From contig NC_087251.1 in NCBI RefSeq assembly GCF_037042905.1, forward strand, positions 38,938,001 through 39,002,000: DNA of 64,000 nucleotides, given 5' to 3'. This document shows, one piece after another, positions 51,991 through 64,000 of this stretch. Made by a program: the position numbers and the translations under genes. Under the pieces are notes generated by a model. The model made no database searches and was not told the origin of the DNA. It saw only the letters and a list, made by a program, of their open reading frames with translations. This DNA is from Lytechinus pictus (taxonomy: Eukaryota). Numbering within the stretch: position 1 is the stretch's first letter; each line of letters starts with the position of its first letter.

Positions 51991-52896
51991 ACGGAACCAA
52001 GACAGAGAGAAGCAGAAAAGTGCAGTGTGGTGACGGGTGTTGTGGCGTGCATTTGTAACCCGAGCTGTGTGGGGTAGTTACAAATAAATGCAGTGGTTTG
52101 AGGTTTCAAGCCCTGGTTACGTCTTTCGGATCGTGACGTTAAAGATCGATCCCAGACGTCCACAATCATATCTGATTGATACATGTCTGACAAAACTCAA
52201 TTACACATAGAGTGTGATGATGACTGAAGACAAGAAGACATGTTAGCGAGTCTTCCTCAACGAATTCTATTTGACAAGATCCAGGATTTCATTTTGCCTA
52301 TCTTACAATTTTAACTTGACGAAGGGCAGCACACTATGAGAATAAAGTTGAAATATATTATCACTGAAGCTTCAATAAAAAGAAGACATTAGGCCAGCTA
52401 ATGATATTGTAACTCTTAAGGCGTCAATATGTTTCAGACTCTATCTCCGTAACCCCACTCCAGCTCACCAGGTCCCCAGGAAAGCGTTGTAAAGATGTCA
52501 TCTCTAACCAAGAGTTTTTTCCCCCATCTCCGTATTTGTTGTATTTCTTATTAGCCTTGGCTTGACATTGTGTGTCAATTATTCATAGGGAATAGGAAAA
52601 ATAAATTGCTATATCATGTTTTTACAGCTGCCCATAATGGTATACTCAGATATGCAATATCTGCAACCCTGCTTGGAAAAAAGACCCAATTTCTTGTCTT
52701 CCAAAACTATTTCTTCATCTTATTTAACTTGGCTTCCATAGAGGCGATTAGGAACCCATGCTCAACCTTCGCCTTTCAAGCTGTTATTTTCAAAGCTCTG
52801 CATAAAGGTTTTGCCTGATTTTAGGGCCAACAAGCTTTTGAGGAAATGAACAAGATGTTAAAGTTTCATTGACGTTGAACAAAGTGTGTTTGTAGT

Positions 52897-53327
52897 TGTG
52901 ACCTACCACCCCCAAACCACCAATAAGTCGCCAGGTAAGGCTCTCTGTAAATAGCCAAAATAGTAAGTTAGTCTCCAAAAACCAAAAGTTAAAAAAATAG
53001 CTCATCTGAAAGAGCAATTCTTCTTCCTACTGTAATAATTTGAAGTTGTGAAGTTGAATAAAGAAAAGATACAAGATTTTCTTGGACACTACTTTTTCGG
53101 ACTGCTTGGAAGTTTCACTGAGATTGCACAGTATGCACCTTGTTTTCTCCTTATTTTTTAAGCTCTTGCTGAATTTCCTCTGCATTCAATCAAGTACTTG
53201 TAATGGTTGGTCAATTTTAACACATCATATATCAGTTTAAAGCTTAGGAAATAAATTTTCAAGCTCAATAAAAATCTCAATATTCATTAGGGTGGACCTA
53301 TTTTTGGTTTTGGGGTGGCGGGTCACA
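52897..53327. mobile_element. About 430-bp TIR element (TGT...ACA ends)
   Basis: TGTGACCTACCACCCCCAAACCA ... TGGTTTTGGGGTGGCGGGTCACA; no clear TSD. Confidence 0.65.
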
Positions 53328-55490
53328 TCATCTTGAAAGAAGCAATGTATGAATTTTTTTCATAGTTGATTTGATTTGACTGCCTTCAAAATAATGTAAT
53401 AGCTTTGATTGGTGTGGAGTTGTTTTTTATTGTAGGACTATCATAATATTCTATATGGCTGAATTGACAATTTGAAAAGATCAGATGTTGTAGACAATTA
53501 GAGATGAAACACCAGATATATAGAAACTATTGATCATAGAAATTAATTTGAAAAAAAAGAAAGATTTTTAACTTCCATCTAATGAATTAGAACATTTTAA
53601 TTCAAGTTCGATTCTGTGCTTATCAGTGCAATAAGATACAAGGAGCATATTTGCTGCCATGCCAAGATACTTTTAAAAAGATGGAAAATTTTTGTTTGTC
53701 TAACTTGTGCTTTAAAAGAACTTATGTTATACCTTGCTGGCATGCATAAAAATAGGTTATGGTATTTGATATCAAGTCTCAAAGAGACCATTGAATTCTT
53801 CCAACATTTTATTATTATTATTATTCCTGGAAAATACTAGTTTAAAGCTGTCACTAATGTGTTAATAAACAAGACATTCAAGTAGTTATGCCACTCTTCA
53901 CCCAGGTGATAATTTGTAATACAGGAAGGATGCGTGATGCTGCAAAAGATGGCACACATCTCTGAAATACTGCCGGTCTTGGTCCCTCTTCTCTGATTAA
54001 TGTTTACAAACATTTTCATGAAACAAATATTTGTTTTACCGACCATTTTTATGAGCTACCAGAGTCCTTGCATCTGATTGGCTCAGAGCAATTTTTTAAA
54101 ACACTCCCCTGGTATTCAACAAATATCGTTGTTACTTGAAATATTCATAGCTGACACAGTGTAAGTGCATTGCTTTATCTTGGAATGTATCTAATCACAA
54201 GAGAGAGTGTGAACTTACAATTCATGTATGCATTCTTGTAAATCAAAGCTCAAATATATCTTGCCAAGTTTGGTGACTAATCTTGCAATGTTGGTGACTT
54301 TGCAATAAGAAAAGTAGTCAATAGCAGGAATAGCCACATTAATATAGCTTAATGTAAATGCCATTGTATTTCTTTTTGAATGGTTTGATATGAATTATAT
54401 TTCATGTTAGGGTATGTGTGTGTGCGCCCAACTCTATTATCCATCATTATTTTTATTTTGAAAGTGAGATTTGATTGCTTAGTGAGTGATAATGAAATTT
54501 GATTCAACATGGATAATTCCTGTGAGTTTCGTTTTGTGATTCTGTTGTTTCTGACTTGTGATTTATCCGAAAATTTTCAGGGTCCATTGTCACAAAATTT
54601 GCTAAAATAGTGCTACTGTAAATATGTACCTTAATTTGGCTGGCAGCAGTGTCTTTACTGATATGGCAAAAATTTATCACTTTTACTTATTTTCCATTAG
54701 ATTTTTAAATATACATATCAATGACATGTGTTAAGCTAAAAGATAACTCAGTTTTCAGAATTTTGCTCAATGGCTCATTATTGGTAATGCTGTTTATGGT
54801 TATGAAGTTATAAGTTTCACAACACAAACAGAATCCAGTAGGTCCATCTTATCTGTACCTGAAACAAATAGTGATTTTCACTGACTATTGTTATAAGCTA
54901 CTGAAATCCTTGCATCTTATTAGCTCAGAACAAATCAGTCTGTGGAAGTCACTGACAAGCTGCTTCATGAAACCCTACCCTCTTTGACACTAATTACATG
55001 TCACATAGAGGTATTATTGCCTATTATTATTTGGATGCAGGGTTTTAGAGACCCAGATAATTTTGGACATCTTGCGAGGTTGTTTCAAAGAGACAGAATA
55101 TTAAAACTGGTTTTTAACGTGCATGCCTATGAAAACCATCCAATATTGGACGAATTGAATATTTTGCCCCGCCCAAAAGATTATCATTGGTTAATAAATG
55201 ATTGTGCACATGAAGCTTATGTTTTGTCACGATGAAATTACACTGCGTATTAGTTGCCGGAGGTGTGGTAAAGGAGCAGAGCGAGATTGCGTAAATTTAT
55301 TGAATTCAAATGCGCTTTCACTTTACGCCAGCGCATCATTATAGAGATTTCTTTTTAAAAAATAACAATATTCAGGCGCCATACTCATGATTTACAGGAT
55401 TGCCATAAATGATGGTTAGTAAAAACAATTTTTTGTTTACTTTATTAATTTATGTTTAGCTTTTTGTGGGGGTATCTAAATAATAATAAT

Positions 55491-55634
55491 AATATTGGAT
55501 GACCAATTTTCGTGGGATGCGTAGAAATATTGTTACTCGCTGAAGAACAATATCGGATTCGTCTCGGACTCTTCCAATATTGTTCTTCAGCTCGTACAAT
55601 ATTTCTTCGCATCCCACTCAAGGCCATCCAATAT
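55491..55634. repeat. About 145-bp palindrome (hairpin-type repeat)
   Basis: AATATTGGATGACC...GTGGGATGCG.AGAAATATTGT...GCTGAAGAACAATAT pairs with ATATTGTTCTTCAGC...ACAATATTTCT.CGCATCCCAC...GGCCATCCAATATT. Confidence 0.85.
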
Positions 55635-57591
55635 TCCCTAAATACTCGTGACAACAGCCATAATACTGTGCATTCCAGAAAAAGGAAACCTTTGTTCGGA
55701 GGTAGACATCACGATCATGATTTATGTTTTGATTTAAAAATTAGACACTAAAAGTAATCAACTATGCTCGGCAGATTGCAAGCAATAAAAACAAGTAGGG
55801 TTGAAACAATTAACACAGAATCTTTCATTTGAATCTGGGGAGCATATAAAAAAAATCAATGATCAGTGATATACACTGACTTTTTTTTCACAAGCTGCTG
55901 AAATTATGCATTTGATTGGCTTTGAAGCATCATGTCAGTAAAAATCACTAAGAAGGTGCTTTAAACAGTCCCCCTGTATTCATTCACATACAGAAAAAAG
56001 AGTCATTCCTTTCTAACAGGTTTTCATATAATAAAGCAATCTCAACATAATTATGCATGACTTGATTTTTACATTTAAATTTCATACTTTTATTGCGGTT
56101 CCATGCATGACCTCTCATTGTGTGTCAAACTAAAGAAGAAACTGAAGCTCAGTGTTTTGATAATTTATCAGTTTATTGGGCTGGAAAAATAAATGAGAAT
56201 ACCAGTTTCCCATTTTTCTGGGACACTGAGTAATCTGTGTGCTTCTGTCTTTGGGTTTTCAGTACTGGATCCCATTTCGTAAACACTTGTTACAATAACA
56301 AATGCACAATTTCTATAACAAGTTTACTGTCAGCCAGTCAAACTGAATGATTCTAATAGCTTAAAACTGTTATTGAAGATTTGTTAGATTATCATGTTTC
56401 ATGAAGTTTTATGAATTTCAAACAGGCCCCTGGACTTTGTAGTAACCTGTATTGCTTCTACTTGTTGCCAGGGATTTTATCTAGGCCCTCTTTTGTTCAT
56501 TAGTTGATATTAATGTGTGTGATGCATGTACAGTAGGCATATCAATACATATTACTTTGTGTATAATTGTGTATGTCATAGACCATGTGCACTTAAACAT
56601 AGGCCAAACTATCATTTTATAGCATTGTGCTATGCCAATGGTGTGAATGAGAAGGATATAAATCTAGTTGGTTGGTGATCATGCCATAATATTGCTATTC
56701 TTGTGTCATTTCATATTCGGTTATTAGCACAATTTTAACTTTTGAAACTTCTAAAATCATGCCTTGCATTCATCCTTGTGTCATCATTACATTGTTTGAT
56801 TAGTTTGTTCATTTGTTGTTCATACATTACTTATATTTATATTTGCCAGTATGTTATTTGAACTTCTATTTCAAATTAATGTGAACATGTATTATTCATG
56901 TAAAATATTACCAAATATGAACAATGTCCACATTGAACTGTATGTTTGTTTTATTGTTTTATTTACTATACTGTTTTTTTTGTGGTGTAAGTACTCAAAC
57001 TAAATAATTCAACCTTTAAGGAAAGACAGATTAGTACAAAAAAATTGTATTTTTTTCTTTGCATTGGATTATAGATAATCTTTCACTCAGATGCACGCAC
57101 GCTTAAAACTATCCAAACATTGAATCTGACAAACTGAAACTTTGGTTCCTCACCTGTTTCAATATATATTATGGTAATTATATAATTATCAGTTTTACAA
57201 GTATAAAAACTTGTATAAATATAATCAATTTTTGGACCAGATGCATACAAATAATTGCTTGCAAGCTTTACCGTCAGGAATGGGTGGTATTCACCTACAC
57301 CCAATTGCACAGGAGTAATTGCTTGAATATCAAGTATTTGCTTAAAAAGATCTGCGTAAAACCATGCTTTTACTTGCAATTACTGCTGATTTTTTTCAAG
57401 ATATCTTGGGCATGAATGAGCTTATGCTTAAACAGATCAGTTATGTTTAATTCATATGAGAAAGAACATAATCACTGAATTTATTTTCATACATGTTTAA
57501 AATTGATTGAGAAATGTTTGTCTATACCCCAATTATGAGACATGAAATGTTAGTTAATTTGATACATTTCTCAGCCCGAATGAGCGGATGT

Positions 57592-57882
57592 GGAGCGCTG
57601 TGGCCCAGTGGATTAGTCTTCTGACTTTGAAACAGAGGGTCATGGGTTCGAATCCCAGCCTTGGCGTAATTTCCTTCAGCAAGAAACTCATCCACATGCT
57701 TGTGCTGCACTCAACCCAGGTGAGGTGAATGGGTACCCGGTAGGAAGAAATTCCTTGAATGCTTGAGCACCTAGGCAGCTCGGCTAAGGCCGGGGTAATA
57801 ATAGCAGGGCCCGCTGGTAGACATTTTTCGAAACTAAAGTGGCTACCCTGGGTAAATATACCTATATTATTATTATTATTAT
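57592..57882 (+). mobile_element. Full-length tRNA-derived SINE
   Basis: A box TGGCCCAGTGG, B box GGTTCGAATCC, core GCTGCACTCAACCCAGGTGAGGTGAATGGGTACC, (TTA)n tail. Confidence 0.88.
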
Positions 57883-58011
57883 AATGAAGGGTTAAAAGAG
57901 ATATGTTTGACTCTGATGGAGAGTGGAAGAATGCTCCCATGTGCATGACGTGTGCAGCCAGTCAAATATGAAACCTTGCCTTTGAATCTGATCGCACTTG
58001 TGTGACTGCTT

Positions 58012-58250
58012 CACTCTAAATTGCAGGGATTTGAAACAAATCCAGATGAACTGTAGTTAGGGACCAATCAAATTCTGGATTTAATTTGAATCCTAACAAT
58101 TCGTTTTTAAATCTCGAATGATTTGAATTAAATCTTTGAGATTAAAAGAAACTATTTTTAGGATTCAATCTAAATCAAATTTCAATTGGTCCCTAGCCAC
58201 AGTCCATCTTGATTTATTTCAATGCAATTGAAATTTGCAATTTTAGAGTG
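58012..58250. mobile_element. Foldback MITE with CACT...AGTG ends
   Basis: CACTCTAAATTGCA...TAGGGACCAAT...GAATCCTAA pairs with TTAGGATTC...ATTGGTCCCTA...TGCAATTTTAGAGTG. Confidence 0.8.
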
Positions 58251-58553
58251 TATTGTTGAAACCCAAAGCAAATGCTAACTCAAGACAAGTGAATGTTGGG
58301 GACAAACAGATGCTAAGGATAAAGCATTTTGCTTCAGTTTTACCATTTGCTTCAGGTTTTGATAATAGTATCACTGGTGCGACCTCAATCTAAGGCTTGT
58401 GTGACGTATAACCCTGTATAACAACGTTTTCTTAAAAGCATTTGCTTATTTCTATGGATGCTGCTTCTAGCAATAGGATAACATAAAGTAGCAAAAGGAT
58501 AGGTGGAAAAATACTCCTTTTTATGCATTTAGCCCATTGACATAATGTACCCC

Positions 58554-58901
58554 TTTTTATGCCCTCGCAGACAAAGTCCGGAGGGGGCATTAAGCGTTGC
58601 CCCTGTCCGTCCGTCCTCCCACTTGGTTTCCGCGCAATAACTCGAAAAATATTTAATGGATTTTTAAAATTTTTGGTGTATAGGTAGATGACACCAAAAT
58701 ACAGGCTAAATTTGAATTCGGAGTCCGCAGGTCAAAGGTCACAGCTCATTATATATGCGAGTTGGTTCAAAGGTCTAAATTTGTTTATTATATATATGCA
58801 TATTGGTTTCTGCACGATATTAAGTTCAATCATATTGAATGAATTTCTGATCGTGTTAAGCGGGGGCATCTGTGTCCTTTGGACACGTCAAATTTCTAGT
58901 T
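58554..58901 (+). mobile_element. HINE/pearl-like element, family B
   Basis: TTTTTATGCCCTCGC ... GCGGGGGCAT subterminal IR, (GTCC)n microsatellite, 3' hairpin GTGTCC-TTT-GGACAC, ends CTAGTT. Confidence 0.8.
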
Positions 58902-58914
58902 AATACTGAGACCT

Positions 58915-59058
58915 GGGGAGTCCTTCATGAAGCAACCAGTCAGTCATTTTCACAGACTAATTTGTGTTTGTTCTGAGCCAATATGATGCAAGAATTTCAG
59001 TAGCTTAGAACAGTTGCCAGTACAAATGAAAGACTATTTGTTTTGTGAAATGCTCCCC
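58915..59058. mobile_element. About 140-bp old MITE; degenerate relatives near 47337-47458, 54013-54110, 54875-54980, 55837-55975, 56270-56430
   Basis: GGGGAGTCCTTCATGAA ... GTGAAATGCTCCCC ends with the internal AGCCAAT..GATGCAAG motif recurring at the other sites. Confidence 0.55.
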
Positions 59059-60750
59059 ATATTTACTGGAATCCTGTATCAGTTTGAAGGTCATGATATG
59101 GCCCAGACAGGCTGCTCAAAGCTAAAGTTTATATCTTTTTATTTCAGTTATCTGTTTGTCATTTCCTGTAAATGACACGGCCGAGTAAAAAGTACAGGTA
59201 TCAACATGGAAGGAAAACACTGAGAAGACCTGTTGAATAATAGTATCAATGACAGCATTTCACACATGGCCCTGGGAATTAAGCATGCAGGGGTGCTGGG
59301 GTGCTGCATATATGTTACACCGTAGGCAGCACCCCCCCCCCCCCCATGGAAATTAGGTTGCTATGCTACAATGTCAAGATTTGACCCCAGTCTCTGTCAT
59401 ATTGAGAGCTATAACTTTTTTTCACTTCTTTGCTTGTCATTTTTTTTCTGATTATATATTGTTTTGCTTGTTAAATTTTTCTTTACAAACTTCCCTTCAT
59501 TTTTGAGTTTTTTTTTTCATTTTGCCTTTTAACAAAGCGCAGCCCCTATTTAATAATCTTTCTCAGGGCCCTGCCTTCACACTGAAGGGGGAAGGGGGTG
59601 CTCTTGTGCCATTATGAATTCTAAAAAGAGGTTGTTCACTACAAACGTAATACTAGGGTTGCATCATATAAAGCTATGCAAATATACATTTACATTACAT
59701 TTGATTTGACTTTTACATTGGAAACAATTATAATCATGAAACCAGGCCTATGATCAATCATGAATCCTCAAGATCCAGGGCTAAATTGTTCATTATTTAC
59801 AGTAGTGTAAACTTTGTACCCAATTTATAACATGATAAAACACAAATCAAAATATAATTCGTGACTTTCCATACATGTCAGTCGATACCTCGCATGTACT
59901 TTTTTGCTTTGCTTTCAAAAGAAGTTTAGACCCTGAACAAATAAATGTTAAGCATACACTGTATTCCCTAATAGGGCGGCTTTGGAGGTCGCACAAAATC
60001 GAGCCATGTTTAAAGGTCATTGTCATTACCCATAGTATACCCTATCTTTTCGGATTGCTTCCTTTTTTATATCCTTTAGGTGTCATTAACTGCAAACCTC
60101 TCATTCGTTTGTATGCCTGCGTTTGGCTTTTTGTGTGTATATGGGTGACGGTGTGTGTGTGTAGATGTCGTGAATTCACACAACAAATAATAGCCATCAT
60201 TGCTGACCAGTGTCTAGGTCTCGTTTAAATCAGTCAATCCAACACCCATCTAATAGATTTTTAAAGCAGTCGAATCAACGAAAGACACACTTCACCCATG
60301 AAATAAACATGGCACAGCCTAATGGTGATCCACTGATATTTTATTGCAACGGGAAAAGGGTAAGTCATGAGTATTGAGTTTTAACTTTGTATCATTAGAC
60401 GTAGGCTATTGTAGTATGCATTAATATTAAAAAAGGTGCGTACGCATGTTCTTATATCGTGTATGTGCACCCTATTTGATATACTTTTGGATATAAAAGC
60501 CAGATGGGTCAAATTGCTCTGATGGAAATAGTGAATTTGTTCTTTGAACTGGGATTCCCATATTTAAATTCAAATTAGGCCATATGTTTAACTTATTTAT
60601 GAAATGAGACATTGAAAATTACAACAAGAGGTGTACACTATAACCGACTTTTTTTTATCTGAAGTGATCAAATCGATACCTCAACAAACGTCAAAACAGT
60701 AAATGATTGCTCTGGAAGCAATAATTCCATTATATAAATACTGGGGCGGA

Positions 60751-63700
60751 TTTATTTATTTATTTATTTTGTTTTATTTATTTTATACTGCAGGGTAGGC
60801 CTGTTCAGTTCTTAAAACTGCTTTACAAAGGCGCCCTGCAGTTTAAAATACATGTCAAGATAACTATGAACAACAACAACAAACAACATCAAAAATACAA
60901 AATACAAAATATCTAACATCAGAAACAATTAACACCAAAATATAGAGTGGGAAGTGACAATTTAAACATACATAGCATTGTAAATCAAAGGAATGTCATT
61001 TCGCTCTTCATCAATTCGTATGAAAGGCTTTGCATAATTTTTTAAAAACTAACAAGGAGGTACAAACTTGTAAATTTGAAGGAAGTGCATTAAATAATTT
61101 GGGTCCGACATATGCGAAAGATTTTCTTTTATGTTCAATTCTAGCTTTGGGAAGCTGAAGGGGGCATCGTAAAGAATACCGTGTCCTGTATTTCACGGGC
61201 CGTTTACATACTAAAGGTTTTAAATAATTTGGAACTAAATCATTCATTATTTTATATACAAGAACACAATACTGATATTTTATACGCTGATCTACTGATT
61301 GCCACTTCAGTGACTGCAACAAAGAAATTTGTGATGTATTATAATCTTTTTTCAAAAGCATTCTGGCATATTTATTTTGAAGTTTTTGTATCTTATCTAA
61401 ATGTATTTTTGCACTGCTTCCCCAAGATGTAATACAGTAATCAATGTAAGGTAAAACCATAGAAAAGTACAGCTTCTTCATAATATCAAAGGACAGTAAG
61501 TGCTTAATCCGCCTTACACAACCTATTGCCCGAGATATTTTACAAACGATATTAGTAATATGTTCGCACCAAGTCAAGCCCGGATCGAGCATGACACCTA
61601 AGTATTTAATCTTTTTTACATTTTCTAATTGTATGTTCCTGAATTTCACTGACAAATGAGCACCCCTCAACTTTTTCTTTTGACCAAATACCATGGCTTT
61701 TGTTTTTTGCGGGTGTAAATGCATATTATTTAAGTCTAGCCATTTACTTATTGAATCAAAATCATCTTGCAAATACTTTTGTACCTCCTTAATTGATTCA
61801 CCGTGATTAAAAATGGCGGTATCATCAGCATAAAGAGACATTTTAGAATGTACATGCAATTTCAAATTACACATGTCATTAATAAAAATACAAAATATCA
61901 ATGGACCCAGTATAGATCCTTGTGGGACACCTGATTTTATCTTCAAAAATTCACTGCGACAATTGTTAATCATTACAAATTGCCTTCTGTCTGTTAAATA
62001 CGATTCCATCCAGTTGTATTCATTGCCAGTAATACCATAGTACTTAAGTTTTGCAAGTATAAAATTGTGAGGAATAACATCAAAAGCTTTGCGTAAGTCC
62101 AAGAAAATACCACCAGTAACATGTTTTCGGTCCATTTTATCATACAAAAAGTCTGTAATCTCAGTTAGACAAGTGGCAGTAGAATAAGACGGTCTGAAGC
62201 CAGACTGACAATTTGCAAGTAGATCATTTACATTTAAGTACTTATACAATTGATCATGTATGGCTCTCTCTAGTATTTTGGACAGGACTGGAAGCACAGA
62301 AATTGGTCTATAATTGTCAATATCAAATGATCCTCCCTTGTGTACAGGAGTAATTCTTGCTGTTTTAAAATCTTCTGGAATAACACTAGTTTGTAAAGTT
62401 GCATTAAATAAATGGGTTAAAGGGCCAGCTATACTCTCTGCTGCCAGCTTAAGAAACTTAGGGTGAATGCCATCTACTCCGACCGCTTTCGAACAATCAA
62501 TATGTAATAGTTCTTTCAAAACATACTCCTTTTTTATTGCATAAAATTTAAATTCACAATCTGGAATAAACAGAGTTTGTAAATTGTTTAATAAATCTTT
62601 CGAGAAATTACCCGAAGCGGCTTGCAACCTTGAGCCGACTTCATTAAAGGCTTTGTTTAGAACGTGAGCTATTTCATTGTTAGGTATTTGATCATTATCA
62701 ATTGTTAATTTAACATCATGACTCGTGGTTTTATTTTTCTTAGGTATAAGCTTCGATAAAATGTTCCAGTTCTTTTTTATGTCATTTTCGCAGTCCTTAA
62801 ATTTGTCCTGATAATACTTCTTTTTCAAATTTTTAATCAAGTTATTAGCTCTGTTACGGGAAAACTGAAATTTATTCCACCAATAAATTAATCTTGTTTT
62901 TCTAAATTGCTTTCGATAATAATCCCTTTCGCGGGCTAACACCAAAAAATCATCATTTATCCAAGGTACCCCTCTTTGTTTTTGCCGCACTGATATCACG
63001 GGGGCATGCCTGTCACAAATGTCCAGGAGTGTGTTTTTAAAGTAGTGCCACAATTTTTCAACGTCAGTCCCACAGGAATAAAACTCATGCCAATCAACTT
63101 TCCTTACATCATCTTTAAATTTCTCACTGTCAAAGTACTTGAATGAACGACATTTAGTTATTTTCGGAGAAAGGGATTGATGTTTCCCTTTAATTGCAGT
63201 AAAAATCACAGAGTGATCACTAAGTCCAGCTGACTGCACTCCTGACTTAATAATATTGTCAACAAGTGCATCAGAAATACATACCAAATCGATTACTGAC
63301 TGGCTATGTGGTGAAATTCTAGTGGGTTCAGATATAACCTGTGTCATTTGCATTGTAGTAAGGAGACTGGAAACTTTTCTAGAAAGATTATTTATGGTTT
63401 GCATATTACAGTTAAAATCACCAAGAAGGATGACGTTGTTTGTAACTGTATACAATTTCTCAAGATTACTTTCAAGACTGTCAAAAAAATCTAAATGATT
63501 ATCCGGTTTTCTATACAATATACCAATAAATAATGAGCTACTATTGCTACGTTGCAACTCCAACCAAATTATTTCTAAGGCAACAGATTCAAGATCCAAT
63601 CTCCTTATATACGATAAATTTTCTGATATAAAACATCCCACTCCACCTCCATGAGTACATCTATCCTTCCTCTCAAACTTATAACCTTTAACAGAAATCA

Positions 63701-64000
63701 AGCTATCAGAATGTTCTTTTGTTAACCATGTTTCTGACACTCCTAGTAGATCATAAGGGTTATTATTCAGCCAACATTGTAAATCAGCAACTTTATTAAC
63801 AATGCTTCTGACATTAAGATGAGCTAATTTTATACCTTTAATATCTTTTAGAGCAAAATCATTAGTTTCGGTTGACCTATCATCATGTGCGTCGACAGAA
63901 ATATTATTACAGTTATACACGACTTCAGTAGATAGATCAGGATCATTCCAAAAAGGTAATACACTTTGGAGAATACATTTCGGGCACTGCCAATTTTCAA
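60751..64000 (-). mobile_element. CR1/L2-group non-LTR retrotransposon, intact 3' end, 5' part outside window
   Basis: Long APE-RT ORF, about 260-bp 3' UTR with stem-loop, (AAAT)n tail on the element strand. Confidence 0.95.
61011..64000 (-). CDS. LINE ORF: APE endonuclease + reverse transcriptase; reading frame open to the window edge (at least 995 aa)
   Basis: APE motifs HLNVRS, VSETWL, GGGV, LGDFN, IDL, SDH; RT motifs NYRPISVL, QSGFR, FLDLRKAFD, GVPQGSILGP, YADDT, KYLGV. The upstream frame reads ENWQCPKCILQSVLPFWNDPDLSTEVV with no stop. Confidence 0.97.
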   Translation of the reverse strand, partial: ENWQCPKCILQSVLPFWNDPDLSTEVVYNCNNISVDAHDDRSTETNDFALKDIKGIKLAHLNVRSIVNKVADLQCWLNNNPYDLLGVSETWLTKEHSDSLISVKGYKFERKDRCTHGGGVGCFISENLSYIRRLDLESVALEIIWLELQRSNSSSLFIGILYRKPDNHLDFFDSLESNLEKLYTVTNNVILLGDFNCNMQTINNLSRKVSSLLTTMQMTQVISEPTRISPHSQSVIDLVCISDALVDNIIKSGVQSAGLSDHSVIFTAIKGKHQSLSPKITKCRSFKYFDSEKFKDDVRKVDWHEFYSCGTDVEKLWHYFKNTLLDICDRHAPVISVRQKQRGVPWINDDFLVLARERDYYRKQFRKTRLIYWWNKFQFSRNRANNLIKNLKKKYYQDKFKDCENDIKKNWNILSKLIPKKNKTTSHDVKLTIDNDQIPNNEIAHVLNKAFNEVGSRLQAASGNFSKDLLNNLQTLFIPDCEFKFYAIKKEYVLKELLHIDCSKAVGVDGIHPKFLKLAAESIAGPLTHLFNATLQTSVIPEDFKTARITPVHKGGSFDIDNYRPISVLPVLSKILERAIHDQLYKYLNVNDLLANCQSGFRPSYSTATCLTEITDFLYDKMDRKHVTGGIFLDLRKAFDVIPHNFILAKLKYYGITGNEYNWMESYLTDRRQFVMINNCRSEFLKIKSGVPQGSILGPLIFCIFINDMCNLKLHVHSKMSLYADDTAIFNHGESIKEVQKYLQDDFDSISKWLDLNNMHLHPQKTKAMVFGQKKKLRGAHLSVKFRNIQLENVKKIKYLGVMLDPGLTWCEHITNIVCKISRAIGCVRRIKHLLSFDIMKKLYFSMVLPYIDYCITSWGSSAKIHLDKIQKLQNKYARMLLKKDYNTSQISLLQSLKWQSVDQRIKYQYCVLVYKIMNDLVPNYLKPLVCKRPVKYRTRYSLRCPLQLPKARIEHKRKSFAYVGPKLFNALPSNLQVCTSLLVFKKLCKAFHTN

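Overview
Eukaryotic (invertebrate animal) genomic DNA; the repeat families look most like a sea urchin, which is an inference. 1-16450 is a 186-bp satellite array with layered higher-order structure: a 2406-bp (about 13-mer) period and an 8681-bp near-perfect duplication that carries a 60-bp micro-inversion. The array ends abruptly in a piggyBac-like AGGG|TTAA end. 16.5-44.3 kb is a dense field of non-autonomous DNA transposons (Helentron/HINE-like, Tc1/mariner-like, hAT-like, Harbinger-like, Kolobok-like), SINEs and mini/microsatellites, including a multi-level nest at 38.3-44.3 kb. One host gene can be fully spliced on the + strand: six coding exons (44486-51990, 541 aa) encoding an ankyrin-repeat/SOCS-box (ASB-family) protein. 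The window ends in an intact CR1/L2-group LINE on the - strand (APE + RT, probably PHD-fused). The most unusual observation is a pair of 464-bp TIR elements with reciprocally swapped 4-bp flanks (CCAA-E-TATA-[992 bp]-TATA-E-CCAA), the footprint expected from a cointegrate or circle-capture event. The many ORFs in 1-16 kb are satellite artefacts. No prokaryote-type system (CRISPR etc.) is supported.
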